NCBI GenBank assembly: GCA_025603075.1
Contig: MU626367.1
Span: 1-64,000, forward strand
Reading direction: 5' to 3'
Length of the DNA stretch: 64,000 nt
Origin: Neoconidiobolus thromboides FSU 785
Lineage: Eukaryota > Fungi > Entomophthoromycota
In this document: positions 52,212 through 64,000 of the stretch, piece by piece
How the letters are laid out: each line of letters starts with the position of its first letter
Position numbering within the stretch: position 1 is the first letter of the stretch
Program-made: the position numbers and the translations under genes
Notes under the pieces: model-generated
Database searches by the model: none
The model's input: only the letters and a program-made list of their open reading frames with translations
Told to the model about the DNA's origin: nothing

Positions 52212-52886
52212 ATGTTAACTAAATTAAAGCAATTTAAATCCCTTTATCAAAGTAAAGCAGGGATAAGTATGACATCCAGTTTACCAGCCATTAATTATCC
52301 AACATCCAATTACAAACCCGCTTATTTAAGAAATACCTTATTATTAATAGCTGGTTTAGTTGCTCCAAGCTTGTATTATAGTACTAAATCAACATCAAAC
52401 TCTGGTATAAAATTAGAACCTTACAACTTACCTGTTATTTCAAAACATAAAATCCAACTTGAAGCTAATGAAGAAGTCACTTTACTCAGTAAATTACAAA
52501 CTCAATTATTCCCAACCTCTACTCATTTAACCAAACAAACATTAAAAAGAGAAGATTTAATTCAAGCTGAGTTCAGCGGTAAATTAACTAAAGTTTATTA
52601 TATGGGTGCCAATGTTTGTGGTCATAAAGGAATTATTCATGGAGGTTTATTAGCTACTTTATTACAAGAAGCTACTAGAGAATTTGCTGGTTTTACAGAT
52701 CCTAAGGTTAATGTTAAATATTCTGTTAATTATAGAAGACCAGCATTCTCGGATCAACCTTTAATTGTTATGGCTCAACCTCCGGTTAATTCTGTTGATG
52801 GAGTTACTATTAAGGCTGCTATTATGGATCAAAATGGTCAAGTGTTAACAGATATTATTACCACGTTTCCAGGCCAAAAGATTTAA
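52212..52886 (+). CDS. Mitochondrial hotdog-fold thioesterase (THEM4/Fmp10-like)
   Basis: CGHKGIIHGGLLATLLQEA and VNYRRPA motifs; presequence plus TM segment. Confidence 0.8.
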   Translation: MLTKLKQFKSLYQSKAGISMTSSLPAINYPTSNYKPAYLRNTLLLIAGLVAPSLYYSTKSTSNSGIKLEPYNLPVISKHKIQLEANEEVTLLSKLQTQLFPTSTHLTKQTLKREDLIQAEFSGKLTKVYYMGANVCGHKGIIHGGLLATLLQEATREFAGFTDPKVNVKYSVNYRRPAFSDQPLIVMAQPPVNSVDGVTIKAAIMDQNGQVLTDIITTFPGQKI

Positions 52887-53294
52887 GTTGATGCGGTTGG
52901 TTTACTTTTTTTTTATCTCTCTTGTTTCTATTTTTAATGGTTTAATACTATATCTCCTCCACTTTACTCCTCCTTCTTTTGTTTACTAACTATAATAAAC
53001 TATTTCTTGTTGGAATTGAACTTATATTTATTTCGTTATCTTATTAAATTCCCTGTTATTGTATCTATTTTTATTAATAAAATTAATCTATCGGTTATCA
53101 GGTTTTACCGGTTTTTAAGTTTAAGTCAATTGATCATTGAATTGAATCATGTTATTACTATAGATAATAAACAAAAATAGTTTATCATATCTATTATTAT
53201 AACATTCAATTATATATTTACAAGTAAAAATTAATTTTTTATTATACGTTTTACTTATTTGTTTTATTAATATATAGTATAAGTCAAACTATTT

Positions 53295-53393
53295 GGGGAT
53301 GTTTTTTCTGGCTTCATTACTTTTTCCATCTTTTAAGCATTATCTGAACGGAAAAATTGTTAGTAAAATTCTTAAATACAAAAATACATCCCT
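53295..53393 (-). mobile_element. MITE copy 18
   Basis: GGGGATGT...TACATCCCT; TSD ATTT/ATTT. Confidence 0.94.
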
Positions 53394-53637
53394 ATTTTCT
53401 ATTTTCTATTTTTATTCTACATAACCAACGATATGAATGTATTTATTGTTCATACAAAATTAATACTTCAAATTATAACTATTAAATCAATTTACATATG
53501 ATATTAATTATCTATGATACTCATATAAGGTAAATAATAATAATAAATTATATCCTTGTTTTATATGGGAAACAATTAAATAGTTCAAACTACTAATTTG
53601 AGATCAATAAAAGACACTCAACATAAAAGTATAACAT

Positions 53638-53729
53638 GGGGATGATTTTTTAGTTTCGTTACTTTTTCCATATTTTAAGTGCTATTTGAGCAAAAAGATT
53701 GTTAATAAAATTCTTAAAAATACATTCAC
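53638..53729 (-). mobile_element. MITE copy 19
   Basis: GGGGATGA...TACATTCAC; TSD ACAT/ACAT. Confidence 0.88.
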
Positions 53730-53872
53730 ACATAATAAACAAACACAATAACATCAAGAAATCTTACCATGAAAATTAAAAGCTTAAATTGAAAAACTAA
53801 ACGTTAAACATCAAAAACTAGATATTGTAGAAAATGTTGCTTTATTTCTCAAGTCTTTATACCTTTAACTCT

Positions 53873-54379
53873 TTAGACAGCATCATTTCTTAAACTAATA
53901 TATTCAATAACGTCTTTAACAGTTTTAATTTCAACTGAATCATGTTCCGGTATTTCAATAGAAAACTCTTCTTCAACTGCCATAATAACTTCAACTGTAT
54001 CTAAACTATCCAATTTTAAATCTTTGGTTAAATGGGCTTCAGCAGTGAGCTAAAAAAGAGAGAGAAAGGATTAATTATTGTCTTATGAATGAAAAAAATA
54101 AACTTGTTATAGAAGTATGATTAAAATAAAAAATTATTATCATTAATTATAAAGCTAATAGAATAGTAATTAATGGAATATAAAAAAACTTACTAAACCT
54201 TGATCAACTTTATCGAAGTCCTTCAATAAATCTAAAACTCTTTCTTGAATTATTAACTTTGGGTTACCACTTGGAGCACCATAAAAACGTAAACTTTGAT
54301 TATTTACAATCATATTGGATTTCATTAAATTCTTTCCATTGAATAATTTTAAACTGGCTAAAGATCTCAAATAACGCAT
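53873..54379 (-). CDS. ACP1: Mitochondrial acyl carrier protein (canonical)
   Basis: Presequence; intron 54050-54193; exon 2 LTAEAHLTKDLKLDSLDTVEVIMAVEEEFSIEIP with the DSL phosphopantetheine site. Confidence 0.95.
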
Positions 54380-54732
54380 CTTTTATTGTTCTATTTTAGT
54401 TGTATAGAAAGTAGTTTAATCAAAAATTATGTTGTTAGATTATCTTAGATTTCGAAGTCTGGTTTTTGAAATTTTGAGCTAAATTTAAAGTTTGTTACTT
54501 GATTGAAGTTTATTGGACAATACAGTGAAGTTGTTATTTTATTGGTTCAAATCACTCAATAAAATTAGAATCCCATTCCAATTATCTTCTTATAATTGGG
54601 TATTATTTTTCAACTTAATTTTTCCAAACAAAATCAAATTAATTTTGTATTATAATCTTCAAGAATTCACTTTATTAGCCTGATCTTTAATGTATCTTCC
54701 ATATGTAAACCCAATTTCAAATTTAAAGATAT

Positions 54733-54830
54733 AGGGGGGGGGTTTTTTGGTTCCATCACTTTTTCTATTTTTTAAGCGCTATTTAAGTGGAAAAATTATT
54801 AGTAAAATTCTTAAACAAAAACACATCCCC
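54733..54830 (-). mobile_element. MITE copy 20
   Basis: AGGGGGG...CACATCCCC; TSD ATAT/ATAT. Confidence 0.92.
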
Positions 54831-54964
54831 ATATCTTAATGAGTTAGTATTATGAAACATTTAGGTCCATTATAATAAGAGCTGTTTATATATTGACTAC
54901 TAATACTTAATTTGTAATTGGGTTAAAAATTAATTATTGTATTATTATTTTGAAAACAATAAAT

Positions 54965-55062
54965 GGGGGTGTTTTTTTGGCTTCATTATTTTTTCCATCT
55001 TTTAAGTGCCATTTAAGTAGAATAATTATTAGTAAAATTCTTAAATACAAAAATACATTCTC
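54965..55062 (-). mobile_element. MITE copy 21
   Basis: GGGGGTGTTTTTTTGG...TACATTCTC; flanks AAAT/AATA are an imperfect TSD. Confidence 0.9.
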
Positions 55063-55113
55063 AATAATAAAGTAACTTGTCTTAAAACTTTTATTTCAAT
55101 AAACATAATATAG

Positions 55114-56251
55114 TTAATCCAGTAATAAACTGTTTTTTAAATCCAAAGGTAACATAATAAATTCCAAATCAGTAGTAGTGATCCCATCAATAAATTTGTA
55201 GCACATCATAATACTACATAATTGACTAACCTGAAAGAAAAATATACCATCTAAATAATGCTTAAAGGATTGACATAGTGGTATTGATAATAAAGATAAA
55301 AATAACAAGCCTGATAAATAGAATAAATAACCTATAACAATATCGCCTAAACAATAATAACAATAATTAATAATAGTAATAATAGTAATAATAGTAAAAT
55401 AAAATTAATGGCTAATATTATATTACTATTTAATAGATAGAATTTACCTAATGCCCATCGGTTTTCAATATAATAAAAAGTAAAACATAATTGAGATATC
55501 ATATATAATGTAATTAATAAATTGGGTAATAATAAATGAAGAAACCATAATAAAGATGGGTTTTTGGAATCTAATCCCCCCATGTTTTTAATAGTCAATA
55601 TACTAATTAAAAACATTATTAAAAATAAACTTAATGAAATGAGCTTGATGTACTAAGAATAATAATATTAATGTTAATGTCAGTTTAAGGATATAATAAT
55701 GAAGAACTTACTAAATTGATTCGATTAACTTTTAATATGAATGGAAAATTTAACAATCCAGTTAAAAATAAAAAGATTGATAAACTTAAATTCAAAGAAG
55801 TATTTAAAAGTACTAAAAACTATAATAATGTTATTAGTTTCATATAACAATACAATGTCTAATTAAACTTACTGTATAAAACCCTGAATTTGATGGTATG
55901 ATATTTGTAATAGTTACTGAATCCACAGTCAACATAAATAAATAGAAATAAAAAAAAATTATCATATTTTTAATCACTAGTAATTTGTCATTAATAAAAA
56001 AGTAATTTATTATAATATTACTAATACTTACCTTCTGTCATTGTTTTCTTTTTTAAATTATATAAAATAATTGACAACATAATAAAAGCAATTAAATAAA
56101 TAAAAAAATAACAATATTCAAATAGATAGGAATTAAACCATTGATAAGTACGAGTATAACATTTGGTTGATAAGCCGGTGGAATTGTTGAGTAAATTACA
56201 AATACTTAATGCACTTGAATCACATACTTCAATGTAACTACCAAATTTCAT
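55114..56251 (-). CDS. CHS7: Chs7-like chitin synthase ER export chaperone (multi-exon, divergent)
   Basis: MKFGSYIEVC...C...CYTR N-terminus, ENRWAL|GDI, HYLDGIFF and MMCYKFIDGITTTDLEF match Chs7 family hallmarks (MxFG..C, CYAR, HYLDG, MMVYKYWDSITKEDLEF). Middle exons are only partly resolved. Confidence 0.8.
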
Positions 56252-56882
56252 CTTCTCTTTATTATTTTTATTGTTTTATGTTTTATAGTTGTGATTATTA
56301 ATTTTACTATTTGTATTTACTTTTTATATTTATATTGCTTTTTTTACTCTTTACATTTTGTAAGTTTCAAAAGACAATTTTTAGTGTAATGGAATTATTA
56401 GGCTTGCGTCAAATCATTTTTTATGCTACAAAATTGTTAAATGCTACCTTTTCTTTTTTTAGTATTTTGAAAAATTTGAACTAAATTTAATTCATTCTTT
56501 TGAAACTATTAAGAAATAATAAAATTGTATTTTTATTATTGTTTATTATTAGAAATAGTAATTATGATAATAATAAAAATTTATGGCAGTGATGAAGAGG
56601 ATAATAATGATATTAGTAATGTTAAAAGTTGAATCTCTATTATCAAACTCTTTATTTGAATATGTTAATCAATTTTTTTAATAAAAGTTGATCTTTTAAA
56701 AATAAACGTGACTGTTTTACAATTTTCTATCATAATTCAACCAATCACCTTAATTTGACTATTTGAAAATTTGCAGTCTACCAAATTATTATCACTTTCA
56801 TAATATTTTCTTCATTCTTTTTTTAATCAATTTACTTCAACTCAACCAAAGAAAAAGAAAAGGCCGAAATTAACTCTCTCTA

Positions 56883-58147
56883 ATGTCCAAATACAAATCT
56901 CTCCATAAAAGAGACGAATTATTCTCCACCACAGGTCTTCCAAAACCATATAAAAAGAAAGAAGAAGTTATAAAATATCAACCATATTTAGATAAGTTTG
57001 CTGATAAAAGGTATCGTCAATATGAAGGTAAGAAAAGATTGGAATAAATCATATTAAGATTTAAGATTTATTAATTAAATTTCTTTATTTTATAGAATTA
57101 ATAAAAAACCTTAAAACAAAAAATAGCGAGTTAGCTAGGTAAGTATTATCTTTTATAGTCATCAATTCATAAATAAACCTATTAATAATCTCCTACAGAA
57201 GCCATAATCACTCCAAACTCCATCGTCAAAAACTAGAAACAGAAAACACTTCATTGAAAGTACAATCTGTGGAGCTTTCTTTATCGCTTAATCAATCTAA
57301 TCTCAAAATTCAAGAATTAGAAAGTAAATTAAGTTTACAGAATATAGTGATTCAAGATTTATTATTAAAACAAAGTAATATGATTAAGATGATTAAACAA
57401 CAAGGATTGGATTTATTAAATGTATCTAAGAATACTAAAAAAGTGAATTTGGAATTCTGCAAAAAATTAAACTTACCAATTACTGACTTATTGTCACCAT
57501 TGGTATCCTTGGAATTGAGTAATAACAATAGCTTGAATACGGAAAATGGAATTGATAAAGAGGATGGTGTGGATAAAAGTATTGAGCTTCCGCCTTTGGA
57601 AAGCTTGAGCTTAACGGATAAGGAGCAACTTAATTTTGTATCTTTCAATGAAAACAATGAGAAGCAGATAGTTAAATTAAGTAATCAAATGAACAGTACA
57701 GAAAGAGAAAGTTTATCAGCTAGAGAAAGAAATAAAATTACAATTGAAAGTAGAAATAATCTACAAGATGTAGAAAGAAACGATTTAAAAACTGTGAAGA
57801 GAAAAGATCTACAAAGTGAAGATATTAATAAATCACAAATACAACTTAGTGAACAATTAAAAGTAAATAAAAAGGGTTCGGGTTTATCTGTAGTTCCAAT
57901 TAATAAAAAGAAAATGGAGGAGATGAGGGTAAACAAAAGAAAAGAAAAAGAAGAAAAAGAAGAAAAAGAAGAAAAAGAAGAAGAAAAGGGAGAAGAAGAA
58001 GAAAAGGGAGAAGAAGAAGAAAAAGTAGAAGTAGAAAAATGTTCACGTAATTTAAGAAAACAAAAAAGGATCAATTATACTATTTTAAAGGGCAAAATGT
58101 TTTTTAAAGCTGGATCAAGACGTGCTAGGAAATTAATGAAAACCTAA
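56883..58147 (+). CDS. Coiled-coil protein, shugoshin-like (3 exons)
   Basis: ATG 56883 plus two introns join the 57254 ORF in frame; KNSELARSHNHSKLHRQKLETENTSL resembles the shugoshin N-terminal coil; basic C-terminal RNLRKQKRINY resembles the SGO motif; Glu/Lys repeat at about 57950-58030. Confidence 0.5.
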
Positions 58148-58349
58148 AATATTGATGGTTTCTTTATTGTTATGATTATTTGAATTCTAATTCCTTATCC
58201 TGCATTTGCTAATTTATTATTATTGAAACTCAAATCACTCAGTTTTTTATACTTACTCCTTTATTCATAGCTTAATTTATCAAAATAAAAGTATAAAAAA
58301 GTAAAAGTAAATTTAATTAGCTAATTTTCATATATAAATATATGTATAT

Positions 58350-60182
58350 TTAATAACTTTCTAAATTTAAAATTTTAGCAGCCGATCTCATACAATTCCA
58401 ATATTTAGCATGACAACTAATTACTTCATAAACATCTTTTTTGCCCTTCTCACTTACATCTTCAAATTCAATTGTATTGGGTACATCACCTAATAATACT
58501 TTACATACTGCTAAAACTGATTTAGCAATTGCATCTGGATTATACCCTCCCTATTAAAATAAAATTAGTTTAACTTAGTTATTAGAATAAATATTTTATT
58601 TACTTCTAGACAAACTGCTAATTTACCATTAGCCAATCCTTTCAATAAATAAGTCATCATCGCATAACCATCAGGAGTTACTTTAAATTCTCCAATAGGA
58701 TCGCCTTATTTATATTAGTTTATATAAAAATATTAGTTTTATTTTAAAAACTACCTTTAGCTGCATCAAATCCAGCAGAAACTATTAAAAAGAATAGTCA
58801 TTTTAAAAGGATCATAATAATTATATAATATTAAACCTTACTAACAACCAATTCAGGATTGAATTCCATAGCCATTGGCATCACCACTTTAATAAAAGCA
58901 TAAATATAATCAGCATCTCCCATTTCTTTTTCAGTAAAGGCAATATTTACATTTCTATTATATTTTGTATTTTATTTTAATATTTAATTTAATTTTATAA
59001 TAAGTTACCTTCCAATACCTTCTCCTTTACCAATATCTCCTGGATGTCCAGTCATTGGATAAAATTCATTACCATATCTATGTAATGATATATAAAGTAC
59101 ATCTTTTTCATTAATAAATGCGTCTTCAATTCCGTTTCCTTTATTATTTTATTTAATTATCTTAATTATCTTATTCTAATTATCTTATTTATACCATGAT
59201 GTACATCCCTTAACTTAATTAATATTATATAATATTATTTTAAACAGTTTAATATTTATTACCAATCCAATATTAACACTTTCTTTACTCCATATGTCCG
59301 TCTTAATTTTTCTACTCCAATAACCTTAATTATTGATTATTATGACCATATATTGTAAGTTATGAATTGACTTACAACATTATTGAAGAAACAAAATCCC
59401 CTTTTAAAAAAGCATTAAAACCTAATTTTTATATTTTAAAAAAGCAAATCCCAAATATTACATTGCCTAGACAATAATTCATTAATACAATATATCTAAT
59501 ACTCTTGTAAAAACAATAAAATTACATTTTTTTTCTCTGCATGATGGCCGCTAATAAAAATTAATTAATATCCTTTGTATAATTTATACAAATTAGAAAT
59601 AAATTTTTACGGCGGTCTAACTACTGCAATCCCATTACTAATATTATTTAATGCAATTTCTTTAAGCAGTTCAAGTACTCCACCACATGATAATCGTGCA
59701 CAAAAATGGGTACTTTTATTAAAATAAACAGAATCCCCATCTTGAGTCAATTCTTTTAATCTTTTTAAGCTTAATTCTATAAATAAAAAAATAATATTAG
59801 CTTCCTCCATCTTTTTAATTTAAATTCACAGATCCTTTAACTTACTTTCTGTATCTTGCATAAATTCTAAATGTTCTCTATCGTGGTAATACAAAATTTC
59901 AAAATCATTCACTTCTCTACATGGTATATTTTTCATTCTTTTTAATAAACCCAGTTCTTGTAATAATTTATAAATTTTATAAATTCGTACTGGATTTTCT
60001 GGATGGATTCCAGAAGCTTGATCTATTTGATCATGATTCAATAAACGTGCATCATATACTATTCCAGTCCCATGTGTAAGCTCCGATAATAATGTTTCCT
60101 GTTCTTTTTTCTAATTGAAAATTGATGTTGAATGAAATTATTGTTTTGAATATTCGAGTTGACTTACTATGTTATCGTTCAT
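58350..60182 (-). CDS. HDA1: Class II histone deacetylase (Hda1/Clr3-like catalytic domain), highly fragmented by introns
   Basis: Spliced motifs HPENPVRI, AVVRPP|GHHAE, AMGFCFFNNV, ILDW|DVHH|GNG, SLHRY, FYP, VSAGFDAA, LE|GGY; all catalytic residues present. Confidence 0.88.
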
Positions 60183-60647
60183 TTTTAAACGAATTGAAAA
60201 ATTGAAAATACAATTTAACTTGACTATTATTTTTGTAATATGTTGTGTAATGCAGTTTAATTTCTAGAATAGTAAACCAATCAGGTTTGAATTTCTTTGT
60301 CATAAAATAAAATCAAAAATTTCAATTCTAATATTGATAAAGTTAATTAAATGTACATGGGCAAATGATTAAACTAACAAAAATTAATTAAATTTATTTT
60401 TGAAAGTTAAATATTACAAATGAATTGTTTATAAAACAAAATATGATAAATAATATGAAAGGATGGGAAATGTCATCAAAATAAGATAGAGTGGCTGAAT
60501 TAACTAAGCTTTAGAAAAATACTAATTACTTAACAAAACAAAATATATTCAACATATTCTATTAAACAAATAAAGCACAAAAGAAGCTAAAAACAAAATA
60601 ATAAATATATTTAAAAGCAACAGCTAATATTTCAACCTCTTAACAAA

Positions 60648-62403
60648 TTAATTTAAAAACATCCAATATTTTTTAAATCTATTATTAAATGCTTTGACTA
60701 TTGAAATAATTTCTTCTGAAGGTTTATAATTCGTTGGTATATCGTTGCTATTGATATTTTTACCCATAAATAATTTAACACATTCTTCCATTATATTTTT
60801 AATATTTTCAATGGAATTATCTACCTAATTAATAATATTAGAGATTAATTAAATGCTAATGGTGTTATACTGCTTACTTCTACTGCTAAGATTAATTTCT
60901 CCTTTTGTACCATTGACAAGTAATATAATAAATGAATATAAGTACTTGTATTCAATTGTTTATGTTCTATTTAATATTTAATCATTAAAGTTAATTATAA
61001 ACGTAAAATTATATAAATAAACTTACTTTCATTTCTATTAAAATGTGTTGGTACTATAATATTATTATTATCAACATAAATATAATAAATAAATAATATA
61101 ATTCAATTACTTAAAACAAAATCTGGATTAAACTCCAATAATATTGGTAATAAAAGTTGATGAAATAAAAATAAAATATCTTGATTAATTGTATCATTGA
61201 ATTTTAAATCTAGACTAATATTCCTTAAAATGAAAATGATTGCTAAACTCGACTTTAATATTAATATGAAATATGTAAACTTACTTTCTTATGTTATTCT
61301 TACTTAGCTCTTCATTTCCATTATTTCTATTTTGATTATTTGTTATTGTATTAATACTGATTACTAATACATCTTTATCATTAAAATTATTTTCAATTTC
61401 CTTACCTAATTTAAAATTTAGTATATTGTCATAATAATTTAATTAGTTTTATATTTATTACTATGACATAAATCCCTAATTATATGAATTACTTTAATTA
61501 AAAATAGTATTGTATTAATTTAAATTACCAATTAAATATAGCTACTCTTGATTTAGGTGACTGTACAAAATGATGGTTAAGGGCATCAGCCTAATATTTT
61601 AATTATTATTTTAATTAAAATATGTAATAAAACTTACAATACTATAAATGATAAACAAGATAAATAATAACTATGATTTAGTATATTGCTTTTATAAACA
61701 AAATTTAAGTTACTATTTCTAATTAATGATATTAGTAAATAAATTAAATTAATTAATAATAATTTACTTTTTCATTATCAACTTCAGGACCGCTATTAAT
61801 AATAATTATATTAATATAAATAAAATAAAAGATTAAATTACCAGGTTTGAACCAAACAAATTGATGGGTTAAATATACCAAACAAGCATGAATTAATAGC
61901 CAGTTTAATTATATCTGTTGATATACAATTACATAAATTTTTCATTAGTTTATAACCTTCTGAGTTTTTGTCGCTGAATTCTTTTTTTGTTTCTTTCTTT
62001 TTTAATATGTTATCTAAAAATAAGAATTTGATTTATTGATGTTTATAAATTAAATCAAAAAATTACAATATCGTTCCATAATTAAGTTAGTATATCCATT
62101 TTCATCCATTTTATTAATAAAAAAACCCAATTCAGGCTGAGTATCCTTCAATAATAAGAAAGGATAAAATAATTTAACTGGATCTTTTGAATCATCTCCT
62201 TTAATATAGCTTGTATTATTGCCTTTATCTAACATAAATAATGCGCTATTATAAATCAATTGTACTTTTTTTTTAATATTCTCTTTTTTAATTTCGTTTC
62301 GTGTTTTTATTTCTCTTGAATTATTTAATGTAGTTGATGTTTCCGAAATATCATTTTGTTGTTTAAGTTTTTTAATAATTTTTTCAGGTATTTTGTTATT
62401 CAT
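60648..62403 (-). CDS. Catalytically dead HDAC-fold paralogue (pseudo-deacetylase), multi-exon
   Basis: Spliced segments AIFNW|DLCH|SKEIENNFNDKDVLVISI, LLPILLEFNPDFVL|IPTHFN, YIHLLYYLSMVQKEKLILAVE|VDN and KKYW are colinear with the adjacent HDAC and share its intron positions. Confidence 0.72.
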
Positions 62404-62540
62404 CTTTTAATATATTAAATTTAAAAAATATTAAAAATTAATAAAATAGATAAAACTAATAATCATCAAAAAAAAACACTATTTATTCCAATTGACTAAC
62501 TCTTTGCCCTAGTTCTCATTGGTCAATTCGAATCATTCCA

Positions 62541-63071
62541 TCATTTCTTTAAATTCAAATTCAACTTATCCAAAACTGGTACTATAAATCCAACAATATC
62601 TTCAATATCATCTTCCGCTTTAATGTTTATTATATGAACATCCTCCTCCTTGTTTTTATCGGGTACTTCTAATGTATCAAACTGAGATCTTAATAGCTTA
62701 GTGCCCATAAAATGATTTTTCCTTAGCATTAATCTTTGATAAATAGTTTCATATTTTAAATCCAAATAAACAATAATAAATCTTTCAACTCCTTTCTTTA
62801 ACTTATTTCTGTATTCGTTTTTTAAAGCAGAACAAGCTAAGATTACCGTATCATCTGGATGGGTTTTCAATACTTCACTTAAAGATAACAACCAGGGTTG
62901 ACGATCAAGATCAGTTAATGGATGACCTAACTTCATTTTTTGTTTATTACTATCACTATGGTAATCATCCGCTTCAATATAAGATATGTTATAATGTTGA
63001 CTTAATTTGGATGCAATACTACTTTTTCCACTACCACTAACACCCATAATTAAAATTACTGTTTTGGCCAT
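62541..63071 (-). CDS. Gluconokinase (GntK/IdnK family)
   Basis: MGVSGSGKS P-loop, EADDYH, NKQKM..GHPLTDLDRQPWL, ACSALK, HFM...LLRSQFDTLE. Confidence 0.93.
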   Translation of the reverse strand: MAKTVILIMGVSGSGKSSIASKLSQHYNISYIEADDYHSDSNKQKMKLGHPLTDLDRQPWLLSLSEVLKTHPDDTVILACSALKNEYRNKLKKGVERFIIVYLDLKYETIYQRLMLRKNHFMGTKLLRSQFDTLEVPDKNKEEDVHIINIKAEDDIEDIVGFIVPVLDKLNLNLKK

Positions 63072-63358
63072 TTTGTTTGTTTTTGATTTTTTGATTCAAA
63101 TTGAAATTGAAATAAAATAAGCTAATATTTATATTTATTAATTTTTTATTTCAAATACGATATCAAGATTAAATCATATTAAAAAATTCAAGAATAAATA
63201 TTTCAAAAAAAAGGCTGATATTCAATTTATAAAATTTTAATAATGAAATATGAAAATAGAATAAAAAAAGAAGAGATAGATCGTAATTAAACTTTAAGAT
63301 GTAAAATAACAAAAAAAAAACTGGGATCGTATAAGAAATAAAACTTTCACTTAATTCT

Positions 63359-64000
63359 TTACTCAGGAGTATCCTTTTCCTTATTATTGGTACTTTCCTT
63401 ATTAACCTCAACATTATGTCCTTCACCATCTGAGCCACTCAATTTACTATTACTTTGTTTCCAAGGAACGGCAATCCTCTTAAATGCAGTTCTAAAACTA
63501 AAGATACTAGGACTTGTCAAATTTTCTCCTTTTTCCCCATCCAAATTTGAATTAATACTACTAACTGACATAGATTTTGCCCTTCTAGTACGTACACCAT
63601 TTTCTTTTCCTTTAACACTTTGTTTACTTTCTTCTCGTATCATTGTTAATGGTTCTCGAGTAAGGTCAATACTATCAGTTGAATTTCGACTGGGTTTTAA
63701 ATGTTCTTCTCTATTGGGTTTAGGTAAATCAAAAGAAACTCTTCCTGGGTTAGCAGAATTAGCTGTGACAGATAAATTGGTGGGTGGTGTTTGTGCTGTA
63801 AAGGTAGGGGAAAAGAAAGAAAATCGACTAATGTTATTTTTATTAGTAGTAGCTTCTTTAGATTTTGTATCTTTAGATTCTTTGTTTTCTTTAACCTCTT
63901 TGGATTTGATACTATTCCCAGGTAAAATTTCTTTACTTTCTTTAGTTGATATAGTATCCGCATTATTAGTAATAGCATCCGCTAATACTGGATTACTCAT
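63359..64000 (-). CDS. Hypothetical Ser/Lys/Glu-rich disordered protein (may extend beyond the window)
   Basis: 213-aa open frame with coding-like composition that starts at the window edge; no domain recognised. Confidence 0.5.
   Translation of the reverse strand: MSNPVLADAITNNADTISTKESKEILPGNSIKSKEVKENKESKDTKSKEATTNKNNISRFSFFSPTFTAQTPPTNLSVTANSANPGRVSFDLPKPNREEHLKPSRNSTDSIDLTREPLTMIREESKQSVKGKENGVRTRRAKSMSVSSINSNLDGEKGENLTSPSIFSFRTAFKRIAVPWKQSNSKLSGSDGEGHNVEVNKESTNNKEKDTPE

Overview
Very AT-rich eukaryotic genomic DNA. The short (about 45-65 nt) GT-AG introns and the gene content point to a fungus; an early-diverging lineage such as Zoopagomycota/Entomophthorales is my inference, not a database result. 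About 24 protein genes can be built, many by hand-splicing ORF-track fragments: a homeobox protein, a 7TM orphan, a TRIC-like channel, proteasome alpha2, two acyl carrier protein paralogues, carnitine acetyltransferase, a propeller-amidohydrolase, GH20, Atg22, two hotdog thioesterases, a nucleoside transporter, an NmrA-like reductase, an ankyrin-fused chitin synthase, Lsm7, Rho1, Chs7, a shugoshin-like protein, an HDA1-like HDAC with a tandem pseudo-HDAC, and gluconokinase. There are also two identical tRNA-Gln(UUG) genes. The intergenic space holds about 21 copies of a ~98-bp MITE (GGGGATGT termini, 4-bp A/T-rich target duplications) and two solo LTRs, each beside or inside a MITE end. The most notable observations are: the MITE family (one copy interrupts an NmrA pseudogene, and the element carries an intron-like GT...TACTAAC...AG cassette); a catalytically dead HDAC paralogue sharing microexons with its active neighbour; an ankyrin-repeat/chitin-synthase fusion; and a divergent ACP. 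All protein assignments come from motifs recognised by eye and need HMM/BLAST confirmation.
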